A stretch of 33,388 nt of DNA from a virus: IMG/VR virus record IMGVR_UViG_3300045988_068851; one strand, given 5' to 3'. The notes below the pieces were generated by a model that was not told the DNA's origin, did no database searches, and saw only the letters and a program-made list of their open reading frames with translations. The stretch's first letter is position 1. Every line of letters begins with the position of its first letter. This document shows, one piece after another, positions 17,931-25,577 of this stretch. The translations under genes were made by a program, and so were the position numbers.

Positions 17931-18452
17931 AAGGTCACCTTCTCAACGCAAAAGCGACCGCAAAATGCAGCCGCCTTCGTGAAAATAATTTAAGGAGTTT
18001 TGTAAATGGTGGAGCAGATGTTGAGCTGGCACGCTCTCGACCTGCATTCTTGCCGCTGCCTGCTCAGCCCTTGCGGCTAGGTCCCGTTAACGTCAGGCTG
18101 TCCTGTAAGCCATTAACTCCGATTACACTTACAGCAACACATATTCATGACTATGCGGAGTAGTTTCACTGGTGCAGGCTTTAAGTTCGTGCGCTCTCAA
18201 CCTGCATACACCGCCCGAAGCTCTAGAATATAGTTCACGGCTTGGCGGCGGTTCAAATATTATGTGTTGGCTTTTACGGGCAACCAACTGACCGTATGGG
18301 CAAACCGCAAGCTCATGCACTCACGTTCTGCATAGCCCCTTACGGGGCTTAGAAAATTGGAGGTGACTTCATGAAAGTACAAGTCTGAGGTACATCTACA
18401 CTTTCCTCAGTTTAAATTATAACATAGTGAAAAGTCACAAACGTCACATTTA
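17931..18452 (-). other. 522-bp non-coding region (candidate cos/terminase-recognition region and/or long structured late leader RNA)
   Basis: No credible ORF. Contains a 16-nt direct repeat 160 bp apart (18032-18047, 18192-18207) and the hairpin AGCCCC-GUAA-GGGGCU (18334-18349). Much less AT-rich than the other intergenic regions. Confidence 0.5.
18416..18424 (-). promoter_or_regulatory. extended -10 element TGTTATAAT (candidate late promoter, no -35)
   Basis: The - strand reads TG-T-TATAAT just downstream of the late-regulator gene. No TTGACA-like hexamer at 16-18 nt, as expected for an activator-dependent promoter. Confidence 0.3.
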
Positions 18453-18848
18453 TCATGTTTTTTGCAAATATCTTTGTATACGCATTTTGATACAGCTCTC
18501 TGACATTCTTCCACCACTAACCTGCATAGCTATCTGCAAGTACGTCTTACCCTTGATGAATTTCAGCACGAACATTCGCCGTGTCTGATAGTCCTCTATC
18601 CCCTTGATAAACTCCTCAACAGCCCTCTGCTCACGCTCTAACCGTGCCTGCTCGCACAGCAGTGAAAGTGTATCACCACTTGGCAAGAAGCCGTCTATGC
18701 GTGTGCTGTGTGGCGTGTAGGACGGCGGAGTGCATACGCTGATACTGTCGGCAACGTACTTACCCTCAAGCTCTGCCTTGATGTCCTCAATGGCTGAGGC
18801 GTTCCTGCGGTAGGCTTTCAGGCGTGACATGGTCATTGGGTCAGCCAT
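18453..18848 (-). CDS. late-gene transcriptional regulator (sigma-70 region-4-like HTH; ArpU/RinA-like)
   Basis: C-terminal RRMFVLKFIKGKTYLQIAMQV....SESCIKMRIQRYLQK resembles a sigma r4 HTH. Lies just upstream of the packaging genes. Start ambiguous: 18848 (overlaps the upstream stop) or 18881. Confidence 0.55.
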   Translation of the reverse strand: MADPMTMSRLKAYRRNASAIEDIKAELEGKYVADSISVCTPPSYTPHSTRIDGFLPSGDTLSLLCEQARLEREQRAVEEFIKGIEDYQTRRMFVLKFIKGKTYLQIAMQVSGGRMSESCIKMRIQRYLQKT

Positions 18849-19971
18849 TAGCATCACCGTCCATTTTAATACCGATACCATTCACGTCAACAGCCGTATC
18901 AGCAACACCGAAAATAACCTTGCCTATTGCTGTAGATACGTCACCCTTGTGATAATTGTCTACGGTTATCTTGAATCCCATTCCTGATATCGTTACCTTA
19001 TCCTCCACCAGATTGACAGCCCTGAAAACCTTGCCGTGCATAGCATTTTCATACACACCATGCAACTTTTCCAGCTTATCCTGACTAACGCCAGCCTCCC
19101 ACAGAATTGACGAAAGCCTATGCTCGTCAATGGTAGGAATCTCAGTCTCGTGTGCGTTCTGGTCAACGAATGTGGATATCTTATCATTCACCGTAGTGAT
19201 AAGGTCATAATCAAGCTCGTCGCCCACAACATTTGTCAGGATATCCTTGAAAGTTTCCTTCTCGTTCTGACAGGTCATTGAGAACTCGCAGCCCAAAAGC
19301 TCCTCAACAACAGAAGTATTCGGCTTTTTGGCGTTTTTGGTGTAGTAAAGCACGCCGTTGATATCAGGTGCACGGTCATTGAAAAGCGGGAACAGAAATC
19401 CGTCGCTCGGCAGTTCCACAATTCTATCGCAGGACTCTTTCTTTGCAATAGAGTTGTCCTGCTCGTTGTATATAAGCCCGTCGATACGCAGGTTTACAGG
19501 GCAAAGTGCCGTGATGATGAAGTTGTAATCCGTGTCAGCCTCTTCCTCGAACTCGTCCATTTTGTTCTTCCTCAGCACGGAATATGTACAGTGTGCCGCA
19601 AAAATGGTATATGTTGACACATACTCAACCTTTTCAACTATAGCGTTCAGGAAGTTGTCAACCTTTTCTTCATCAAGCAGCTTGCTTTGCAGTGTTTCGT
19701 ACATAAAAGGCTGAGCACCGCCCTCAAGGTAGGCGTCCTTAGAAAACGAATATTCCAGCAGATTTTTGCCGATAGAGCCGCTGAGCACCTTTTTCAGGTT
19801 TATCATTATCAGCTCCGCCTCATCCTGCGGAATAGTGTTGTAAAGCTGATTGGTCTTGCACTTTATGTTCTTTTCAGCGTCCACAAATGCCGTAACAACG
19901 TGATTTACTGTGAAAAGTCCACAGTCGTCGCTGAATATTCTCTTGATCTCGTTAATTTCTTTCTTGTTCAT
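18841..19971 (-). CDS. DUF4317-family protein
   Basis: MNKKEINEIKRIF...IPQDEAELIMINLKKVLSGSIGKNLLEYSF...ALCPV matches my memory of the DUF4317 N-terminal signature. Start at ATG 19971, 6 nt after GAGGAGG. Confidence 0.7.
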   Translation of the reverse strand: MNKKEINEIKRIFSDDCGLFTVNHVVTAFVDAEKNIKCKTNQLYNTIPQDEAELIMINLKKVLSGSIGKNLLEYSFSKDAYLEGGAQPFMYETLQSKLLDEEKVDNFLNAIVEKVEYVSTYTIFAAHCTYSVLRKNKMDEFEEEADTDYNFIITALCPVNLRIDGLIYNEQDNSIAKKESCDRIVELPSDGFLFPLFNDRAPDINGVLYYTKNAKKPNTSVVEELLGCEFSMTCQNEKETFKDILTNVVGDELDYDLITTVNDKISTFVDQNAHETEIPTIDEHRLSSILWEAGVSQDKLEKLHGVYENAMHGKVFRAVNLVEDKVTISGMGFKITVDNYHKGDVSTAIGKVIFGVADTAVDVNGIGIKMDGDANG

Positions 19972-19972
19972 G

Positions 19973-20191
19973 TTAATCCTCCTCAAATTCAGGACACTCA
20001 GTCACAGTATACGAATGTATCATGCCGCCCTTTTGCGCCTCGTACATTCTGTGCTGACACGTCCTCCAACCCTCAACCGGTTTGCGGTCTATGGACCATG
20101 CACAGCCTGTAAGGTATTCTCCTGTTATCTTATCCTTTGTCGGTACTGCGTGGCGACAGTGCCAGCAAAGGGTGTGGTCAGCGTGTTTCAT
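19973..20191 (-). CDS. small Cys/His-rich hypothetical protein
   Basis: 72 aa with CWHCRH...C...C..H. SD GAGGTG 5 nt before ATG 20191. Confidence 0.55.
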   Translation of the reverse strand: MKHADHTLCWHCRHAVPTKDKITGEYLTGCAWSIDRKPVEGWRTCQHRMYEAQKGGMIHSYTVTECPEFEED

Positions 20192-20384
20192 TCTCACACC
20201 TCAACTCTTCCAGCCTACAATACACCAACGTGTTGCCACAAGTCTTGTCAGCGATCTCTGCCTGATAGAAGAACTGACCTGTCTTACTGTTCTTGCGGAT
20301 AATACACCCTGTCAGCTCGTAGCAGTCAGAGCCGTTGTAGCTCACCCTGCGTCCAAGACTTTTCTTTACCTCGTGTATCGTCAT
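20178..20384 (-). CDS. hypothetical protein
   Basis: The ATG at 20384 overlaps the RusA stop (ATGA). The track start at 20438 would overlap RusA by 58 nt. Confidence 0.5.
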   Translation of the reverse strand: MTIHEVKKSLGRRVSYNGSDCYELTGCIIRKNSKTGQFFYQAEIADKTCGNTLVYCRLEELRCENETR

Positions 20385-20776
20385 AGCTCCTCTATCCTCA
20401 CATAAATGCCAGGTATGTCCGCCCAGAACTTTTCGCATATCTCACTCGCCACAAGCTGGTCGTCTGTCCAGAAATCAAGCTTTGTCATACAGTCCTTGAA
20501 CATCTTCTGCAGGTTGTCTGTGTCAGGCTTGCTGGTCTTGTACTCTCCGTCCTTGTGCTTGCCGTCATTTGGGAACAACCACTTTGTTATCAGCCTTATC
20601 CCACAGATGTACTTCTCAGGCGGTCTGTGCCTTGCAAGGTTTGCCGTGAGCTTTTCTTTTGCCTCCTTGACTTCGGGTGGATCATAAAATATTGGCTTGC
20701 CGTTTCTTACCGCCACCTTGTGTTCCTGTGCTGTAGCCGTCGGCGGTATCATCGCCATAAAAAATTCAGTCATCAT
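20381..20776 (-). CDS. rusA: RusA-family Holliday junction resolvase
   Basis: PPTATAQEHKV...KPDTDNLQKMFKDCMTK...WTDDQLV is the RusA catalytic Asp pattern. About 130 aa. The ATG at 20773 is an equally possible start. Confidence 0.8.
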   Translation of the reverse strand: MMTEFFMAMIPPTATAQEHKVAVRNGKPIFYDPPEVKEAKEKLTANLARHRPPEKYICGIRLITKWLFPNDGKHKDGEYKTSKPDTDNLQKMFKDCMTKLDFWTDDQLVASEICEKFWADIPGIYVRIEEL

Positions 20777-21020
20777 CTTCCTCCTCGCATTTGAAATCTA
20801 CTCCGTGCCACTTGTGTGACTTGTCATCATACACCAATGCTCCCGACTGTTTGACCATATCCCAAATGTATTTGAGTACCTGCGGCTGTTTCACGAGCCA
20901 CCAAAGCGTGCGTGATTTTCGATAGTCGAAATCTTCATTAGGCAGCTTATGAAAAAGCGGTGGCATTTTCTTAGCTGCATTAACAACGTCTTGCCTTGCC
21001 TTACTTCTTGTTGCTTTCAT
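20766..21020 (-). CDS. hypothetical protein with an acidic C-terminus (EEEDDD)
   Basis: Preferred start is ATG 21020, after GAGGAG. The longer track ORF (to 21080) would run through the hairpin at 21065-21089. Confidence 0.5.
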   Translation of the reverse strand: MKATRSKARQDVVNAAKKMPPLFHKLPNEDFDYRKSRTLWWLVKQPQVLKYIWDMVKQSGALVYDDKSHKWHGVDFKCEEEDDD

Positions 21021-21145
21021 CTGCGTGTGCTCCTCTCGTGCGTCATTATTCTGATTACTTTTTCGTCGGGGCAGTTTCAAGCCCCCGACAAAAAGTATTG
21101 TTTATAATAATAGATTTGTCTGTCCGTCCGACAAACTCGGTAATT

Positions 21146-21241
21146 TTCGATATTGTCCGACAAGAAAAAAAGTTCGATTTTGTCCCTGACACTTTTCGAT
21201 TTTTTCCTGTCTGTCTAAAGTTCAAAAATTCGATTTTGTCT
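21146..21241 (+). repeat. four direct iterons TTCGAT(A/T)TT(G/T)TC(C/T), candidate replication origin
   Basis: ttcgatattgtcc 21146-21158, ttcgattttgtcc 21173-21185, ttcgattttttcc 21195-21207, ttcgattttgtct 21229-21241, plus a degenerate copy at 21112-21125. An AT-rich tract (21090-21118) and a GC hairpin (21065-21089) lie adjacent. Confidence 0.55.
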
Positions 21242-21248
21242 TGTCTGT

Positions 21249-23456
21249 CTACTGAGCTTTTAAGCCACATTCTCCCTCTTCTATCCAAAAGCCACCATGC
21301 TCTTTGAGGTATCTTCCAACGGTCTTTTCGCTCTTTCCTATGTACTCCGCCAGCTCAGAAATGCGGCACTTGCCGTTCTCCTGCACACCGCTGAAAGCTG
21401 TTTCAATGCTCTCCTTGCGCTCCTTGCTGCGGTCTTCATTGGTTTTCTTCTTGCTGAAATTCTTTTTCCAATTCGGTGAGATGTCCTCTACCTCGCAGTC
21501 TTTAAGCACGCCCACAGTATCCTCTCTGTGAACAGGATAATCAAACCACATATCGAGGGGAGCAAACTTCGGGAACTCTCTCAGAGTACCCTCTATACGC
21601 CATGCCGTGCGGTTTCTTACCGCAAGCTTAGCCTTGTCTATGTCGGCCATCATAAGCTTGTATGAGTTCGGGTGCAGGTACTTGTGCGTTATCTCAAGCA
21701 TTTTTGACGGCGTAACAAGATCGTCCTGTGAACAAAGGTCATCAGTATTTCTGTAAAATCTCCTCATCCAGTTCTCACAGATACGGCAAACAGTTTCGTC
21801 CTCCTGCTGTTTGTAAAGGCTGTCTGAGATGTCAAGCTCTGAAAGGTCAAGAAGTGCGTCAGGGTCACGGGCGAATACTCCTGAACCGCTGGCTCTGTCC
21901 ATTGAACGCTTACCGCCCTGCGCTCCCTTTGAGTGGTGGTGGCAGTATATGACCGCACAGCCAAGCTCTGTGCATACCTTGTCAAACTGGTTGCAGAAGT
22001 GCGCCATTTGGTCTGCTGAGTTCTCGTCGCCTGTTATGACCTTGTAGATAGGGTCTATTATTACAGCAATGTAATTCTTCTTGCTTGCTCGGCGTATAAG
22101 CTTTGGTGCAAGCTTGTCCATTGGTACGCTGTGACCTCGCAAGTTCCATATGTCTATGCTACTGAGGTTTTCAGGCTCTAGGTGCATTGCGGTGTACACG
22201 TCCTTGAAACGGTGCAGACAAGATGCTCTGTCAAGCTCTAGGTTGACGTATAGTATCTTTCCTTTGGTGCATTGCCAGCCAAACCACTTGACCCCCTCAG
22301 CTATCGCCACGCACATTTCGATAAGCGCATAAGACTTGCCTGCCTTTGACGGACCTGCAATGAGCATTTTGTGACCCTGTCTGAGAACACCGTCAATAAG
22401 TGGTGGTGCAAGCTCAGGCAGGTTATCCCACTCAGCACTCAGGCTCTCAGGGTCAGGGAGATCGTCATTGATACTTTCTATGTAATCTTTCCATTCTGAA
22501 AAGCTTTCTTTGCCTATGTTCTTGTCAATGATGAACTGTTTCTTGCCGTTCCTCATAACGCCTGGCATACGGCTAAGACGTGAGGGATTGCGGTTTTGTT
22601 TATCTATGTCAAGACCGCTTTCCTTGCAGACCTTGTAAAGAAAATCAACACGCCTGCGGTATTCATCATAGTTGGGAGCGTCTATCTTGACGATAGCGTG
22701 AACGCTCTTTCCGCCGCTGTATACAAGCACAGCGATAGGAAGTTCAAGTTCTCTCATCACGGCGTTCTGCTGTTCTATAGGCATAGAGTCGCTTTCAACA
22801 AGAGCATAGCGGTAGTCTGTTACATTCTCGTTCTTTACGCCCTTGCCGTCAAGAGGATTGAAGCGGATCCACGCTCCGGCTTCTTCCTTGTAGTCGCCAA
22901 ACACCGCACCAATGTCGCCGTTACATTCGCCAAGCCTCTTGATAAGTTCCCCTGCCGTCCTGTCACAGTAGCCCTTTGTGGGCAGATACTTGGTCTTGCC
23001 GTCCTTTTCTGTTTCCCACGTTTGCGTAACATAGCCCACGTTCTCTCCTGCTTCAAAGAGTGTTTCAAGATATGTGACTATCTCCTTGACAGGATCCCAT
23101 TGAGCAGGCTCGGTGATCGGTATGCCCTCACCGCCGTTTACAAGGGGGCTGCTTTCTTCTGCAACTATCTCGCCGTCCCAATCGTATGCCTTAAACTCAT
23201 GGGGGCTGTATCCTCTTTCCTTTGCCATTTGCACGATAGTTCCTGCGGTCACGGGCTGAGCATTGCCGTTAAAGCCTTGCCACTTGTGTTCGCACTCACC
23301 ACTGTGATAACGGCTGTCTGACCTCGACCAACTGTCCCAATCGTTCACGGAATAGCCCTCGTGCTTGAGAGCCATTCCCACGTTGACCCATTCCTGATAA
23401 TCACAGCTTGCAGGGTCTATGTATTCAAGCATTTTAAGCAAATTTGTGTTATCCAT
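21249..23456 (-). CDS. bifunctional primase-polymerase (AEP) / RecA-like (AAA_25, RepA-type) helicase
   Basis: N-terminal PriCT-like segment (YQEWVNVGMALKHEG), AEP-like YSGGKSVHAIVKI and NPSRLSRMPG, then Walker A AGPSKAGKSY and a Walker B-like YVNLELD. Confidence 0.8.
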   Translation of the reverse strand: MDNTNLLKMLEYIDPASCDYQEWVNVGMALKHEGYSVNDWDSWSRSDSRYHSGECEHKWQGFNGNAQPVTAGTIVQMAKERGYSPHEFKAYDWDGEIVAEESSPLVNGGEGIPITEPAQWDPVKEIVTYLETLFEAGENVGYVTQTWETEKDGKTKYLPTKGYCDRTAGELIKRLGECNGDIGAVFGDYKEEAGAWIRFNPLDGKGVKNENVTDYRYALVESDSMPIEQQNAVMRELELPIAVLVYSGGKSVHAIVKIDAPNYDEYRRRVDFLYKVCKESGLDIDKQNRNPSRLSRMPGVMRNGKKQFIIDKNIGKESFSEWKDYIESINDDLPDPESLSAEWDNLPELAPPLIDGVLRQGHKMLIAGPSKAGKSYALIEMCVAIAEGVKWFGWQCTKGKILYVNLELDRASCLHRFKDVYTAMHLEPENLSSIDIWNLRGHSVPMDKLAPKLIRRASKKNYIAVIIDPIYKVITGDENSADQMAHFCNQFDKVCTELGCAVIYCHHHSKGAQGGKRSMDRASGSGVFARDPDALLDLSELDISDSLYKQQEDETVCRICENWMRRFYRNTDDLCSQDDLVTPSKMLEITHKYLHPNSYKLMMADIDKAKLAVRNRTAWRIEGTLREFPKFAPLDMWFDYPVHREDTVGVLKDCEVEDISPNWKKNFSKKKTNEDRSKERKESIETAFSGVQENGKCRISELAEYIGKSEKTVGRYLKEHGGFWIEEGECGLKAQ

Positions 23457-23466
23457 TCACTTCTCC

Positions 23467-25056
23467 TTAGTTCTCAGGTGTGTATGTTTTCGGGTCGATA
23501 TCTCTCGGCACTCTCCAACCATTGGCAGAGATACGTGCTATCATCCTGCTTGCGCTGTCAAAGTTCCACGAGCCGACGTGTTCAAAACCCTTGCTTTCAA
23601 GCAGCCTTATCTGCTTTGGTGTGGTAAGTCCTGCATTGCGGCGTTTTTCAAGTCGGTCAAGGATAAGCTTTGCCTTGCCTGCGTTGTCTATATCGTCAGG
23701 GAAAATGCCCAGCTTTTCAAGCTTTGCTTTCTGCTTGTCGGTAGCAGGAGCACACTCCCAGCCAAAAGCAGGAACGTAAGAGGACAAGTCCTCAGCCTGT
23801 ATTGACATTTCATACTGCAAAGGGTCAACGAGCTTTCGCTTGCGTGTTTTCATTTCTTTGAGCTGCTTTGCCAAAGACTCTTCACGCTGTGCCACAACGT
23901 CCTCGCTTGCCTGTTTTTCTGCCTCTTCGATATCCACTGCACAGCCTGCCTCATTGGCAAGGTTTTCGGTCATTTTCTCAGCGACCTCTTCATTCTGACA
24001 GATAAGGTGTGCAGGCCTGCAAAGCTCGTGGCGTTCTGTGTGCCACAGAAAGTCGAGCAGTAAAAGCTCTGTCTTTCCCTCGCAAAGTCTTGTGCCTCTG
24101 CCTACCATTTGACAGTAAAGTCCACGCACTTTTGTTGGTCTTAGCACGATAACGCAGTCAACTGACGGACAGTCCCACCCCTCTGTGAGGAGCATTGAGT
24201 TGCACAGCACATTGTATTCGCCCTTGTCGAAAGCTTCAAGTATCTCCGCTCTGTCTGTGCTTTCTCCGTTGACCTCAGCGGCGTTGAACCCTTTGCTGAT
24301 AAGGATATCACGGAACTTCTGAGAGGTCTTGACAAGCGGCAGGAACACAACTGTCTTGCGTTTCTTACAGTATTTGAGCATTTCGTCAGCTATCTGATAA
24401 AGATATGGGTCAAGTGCCGTGTCGATATCACTTGCCTTGAAATCTCCTGCCTGAGTTGATACTCCTGAAAGGTCAAGTTTCAGCGGTATGGTGATAGCCT
24501 TGATAGGTGAAAGATAGCCCTCTTTGATAGCCTGCGGCAGGGTGTATTCATATGCAAGACTGTCGAACACCGAGCCTAAGTTCTTCATATCGCCCCTGTC
24601 AGGTGTAGCCGTCACCCCAAGCACCTGAGCTTCAGGAAAATGGTCAAGCACTCTCTGATAGCCGTCTGAGATAGCGTGATGAGCCTCGTCAATTATTATG
24701 GTATCGAAGTAATTTTCCGAAAAGCCTTTGAGCCTTTTCTCACGCATAAGGGTCTGAACTGAGCCTACTACTACACGATACCAAGAGCCTAAACAGCTTT
24801 GCTCTGCTTTCTCGGTGGCACAGCCAAGCCCTGTTGACTTCATAAGCTTGTCCGCCGCCTGGTCGAGCAGCTCGCCCCTGTGGGCAAGGATAAGCACACG
24901 CTTACCCTGCCGCACACATTCTTCCGTAACAGCCGAGAAAAGTATTGTCTTTCCCGTTCCTGTGGGCAGAACTGCAAGGACTTTGTTTATTCCCTCAGAC
25001 CATTGTTCGAGTATAGCAAGCTTAGCCTCGTTTTGATATGGTCTTAAATTCATCAT
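23467..25056 (-). CDS. SF2 DEAD/DEAH-box helicase
   Basis: LRPYQNEA, Walker A PTGTGKT, DEAH (IIIDEAHHA), TATP, and the later motifs VGRGTR. The C-terminal tail has two KQ...L...G repeats. Confidence 0.9.
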   Translation of the reverse strand: MMNLRPYQNEAKLAILEQWSEGINKVLAVLPTGTGKTILFSAVTEECVRQGKRVLILAHRGELLDQAADKLMKSTGLGCATEKAEQSCLGSWYRVVVGSVQTLMREKRLKGFSENYFDTIIIDEAHHAISDGYQRVLDHFPEAQVLGVTATPDRGDMKNLGSVFDSLAYEYTLPQAIKEGYLSPIKAITIPLKLDLSGVSTQAGDFKASDIDTALDPYLYQIADEMLKYCKKRKTVVFLPLVKTSQKFRDILISKGFNAAEVNGESTDRAEILEAFDKGEYNVLCNSMLLTEGWDCPSVDCVIVLRPTKVRGLYCQMVGRGTRLCEGKTELLLLDFLWHTERHELCRPAHLICQNEEVAEKMTENLANEAGCAVDIEEAEKQASEDVVAQREESLAKQLKEMKTRKRKLVDPLQYEMSIQAEDLSSYVPAFGWECAPATDKQKAKLEKLGIFPDDIDNAGKAKLILDRLEKRRNAGLTTPKQIRLLESKGFEHVGSWNFDSASRMIARISANGWRVPRDIDPKTYTPEN

Positions 25057-25562
25057 CAGAACGCACCGGCTTTCCAGCCACCTGTCTGAGCAGGCTGACT
25101 ATACTGTGGCGTCTGCTGTTTGGCAGGCTGAACGGTAGTCACGTTCTCGTCATAGGCATAGAGTTTCTTTATCTTGTTGGACTGCCTGTCCTCGCCGTCC
25201 TTGTTCTTGTAGTTGTCAACGTAGACGTGACACTTGCCCTTTTTGCCTGTGATAGCGTTCCAGTTCATTTTCAGCGGTTCACCGTGCTTTTTAAGTCCCA
25301 GTGCCAAGAAAAGTGCTGAGAGTTTCCACTCAAACTTATTGCAGAGGAAGAAGTTCTCTGTTATCTCCACGCTGTCCTCTGCACCCCAAATGGTGAATGT
25401 GACCTTTGCCATATTGCAGGGCGGCACTTTCGCCGACCCCTCGTGCCTTGCACGTTCGTACTTTGCAACGGTGAAGTCATAGTCCCCCTCAGGGAGCAGG
25501 ACAAAGTCCCCACCCTCGTTGACTATCTCATCTTCCCAGCCGTATTCCATAAAATTATCCAT
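25056..25562 (-). CDS. DUF669-family protein (putative ssDNA-binding partner of Sak4)
   Basis: 168 aa, located between the Sak4-like ATPase and the helicase as in SPP1/Sak4-type modules. Ends in WKAGAF. SD AGGAGG. Confidence 0.7.
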   Translation of the reverse strand: MDNFMEYGWEDEIVNEGGDFVLLPEGDYDFTVAKYERARHEGSAKVPPCNMAKVTFTIWGAEDSVEITENFFLCNKFEWKLSALFLALGLKKHGEPLKMNWNAITGKKGKCHVYVDNYKNKDGEDRQSNKIKKLYAYDENVTTVQPAKQQTPQYSQPAQTGGWKAGAF

Positions 25563-25577
25563 AGCGTTGTCCTCCTT

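Noticed and set aside
18250-18258. GGTTCAAAT (T-loop-like) on the + strand, suggesting a phage tRNA
   Set aside because: The flanks (GGCGG ... ATTAT) cannot form a T stem, and no acceptor or anticodon arms can be drawn around it.
18129-18320. 63-aa - strand ORF inside the 522-bp non-coding region
   Set aside because: No SD and a Pro/Ser/His-rich translation without features. It spans one copy of the 16-nt repeat, so it is more consistent with chance than with coding.
21065-21089. GC hairpin considered as a transcription terminator after the primase gene
   Set aside because: On both strands the T-run precedes the stem and an A-run follows it. It does not fit an intrinsic terminator in either direction, so I kept it only as part of the candidate origin.
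21055-21288. 77-aa - strand ORF spanning the iteron region
   Set aside because: It is composed of the iterons and the AT-rich tract, and it overlaps the end of the primase gene. The repeats explain why the frame is open.
22596-23321. 241-aa + strand ORF
   Set aside because: It is entirely antisense to the primase-helicase gene, which has clear Walker and AEP motifs. No SD and no recognisable domain.
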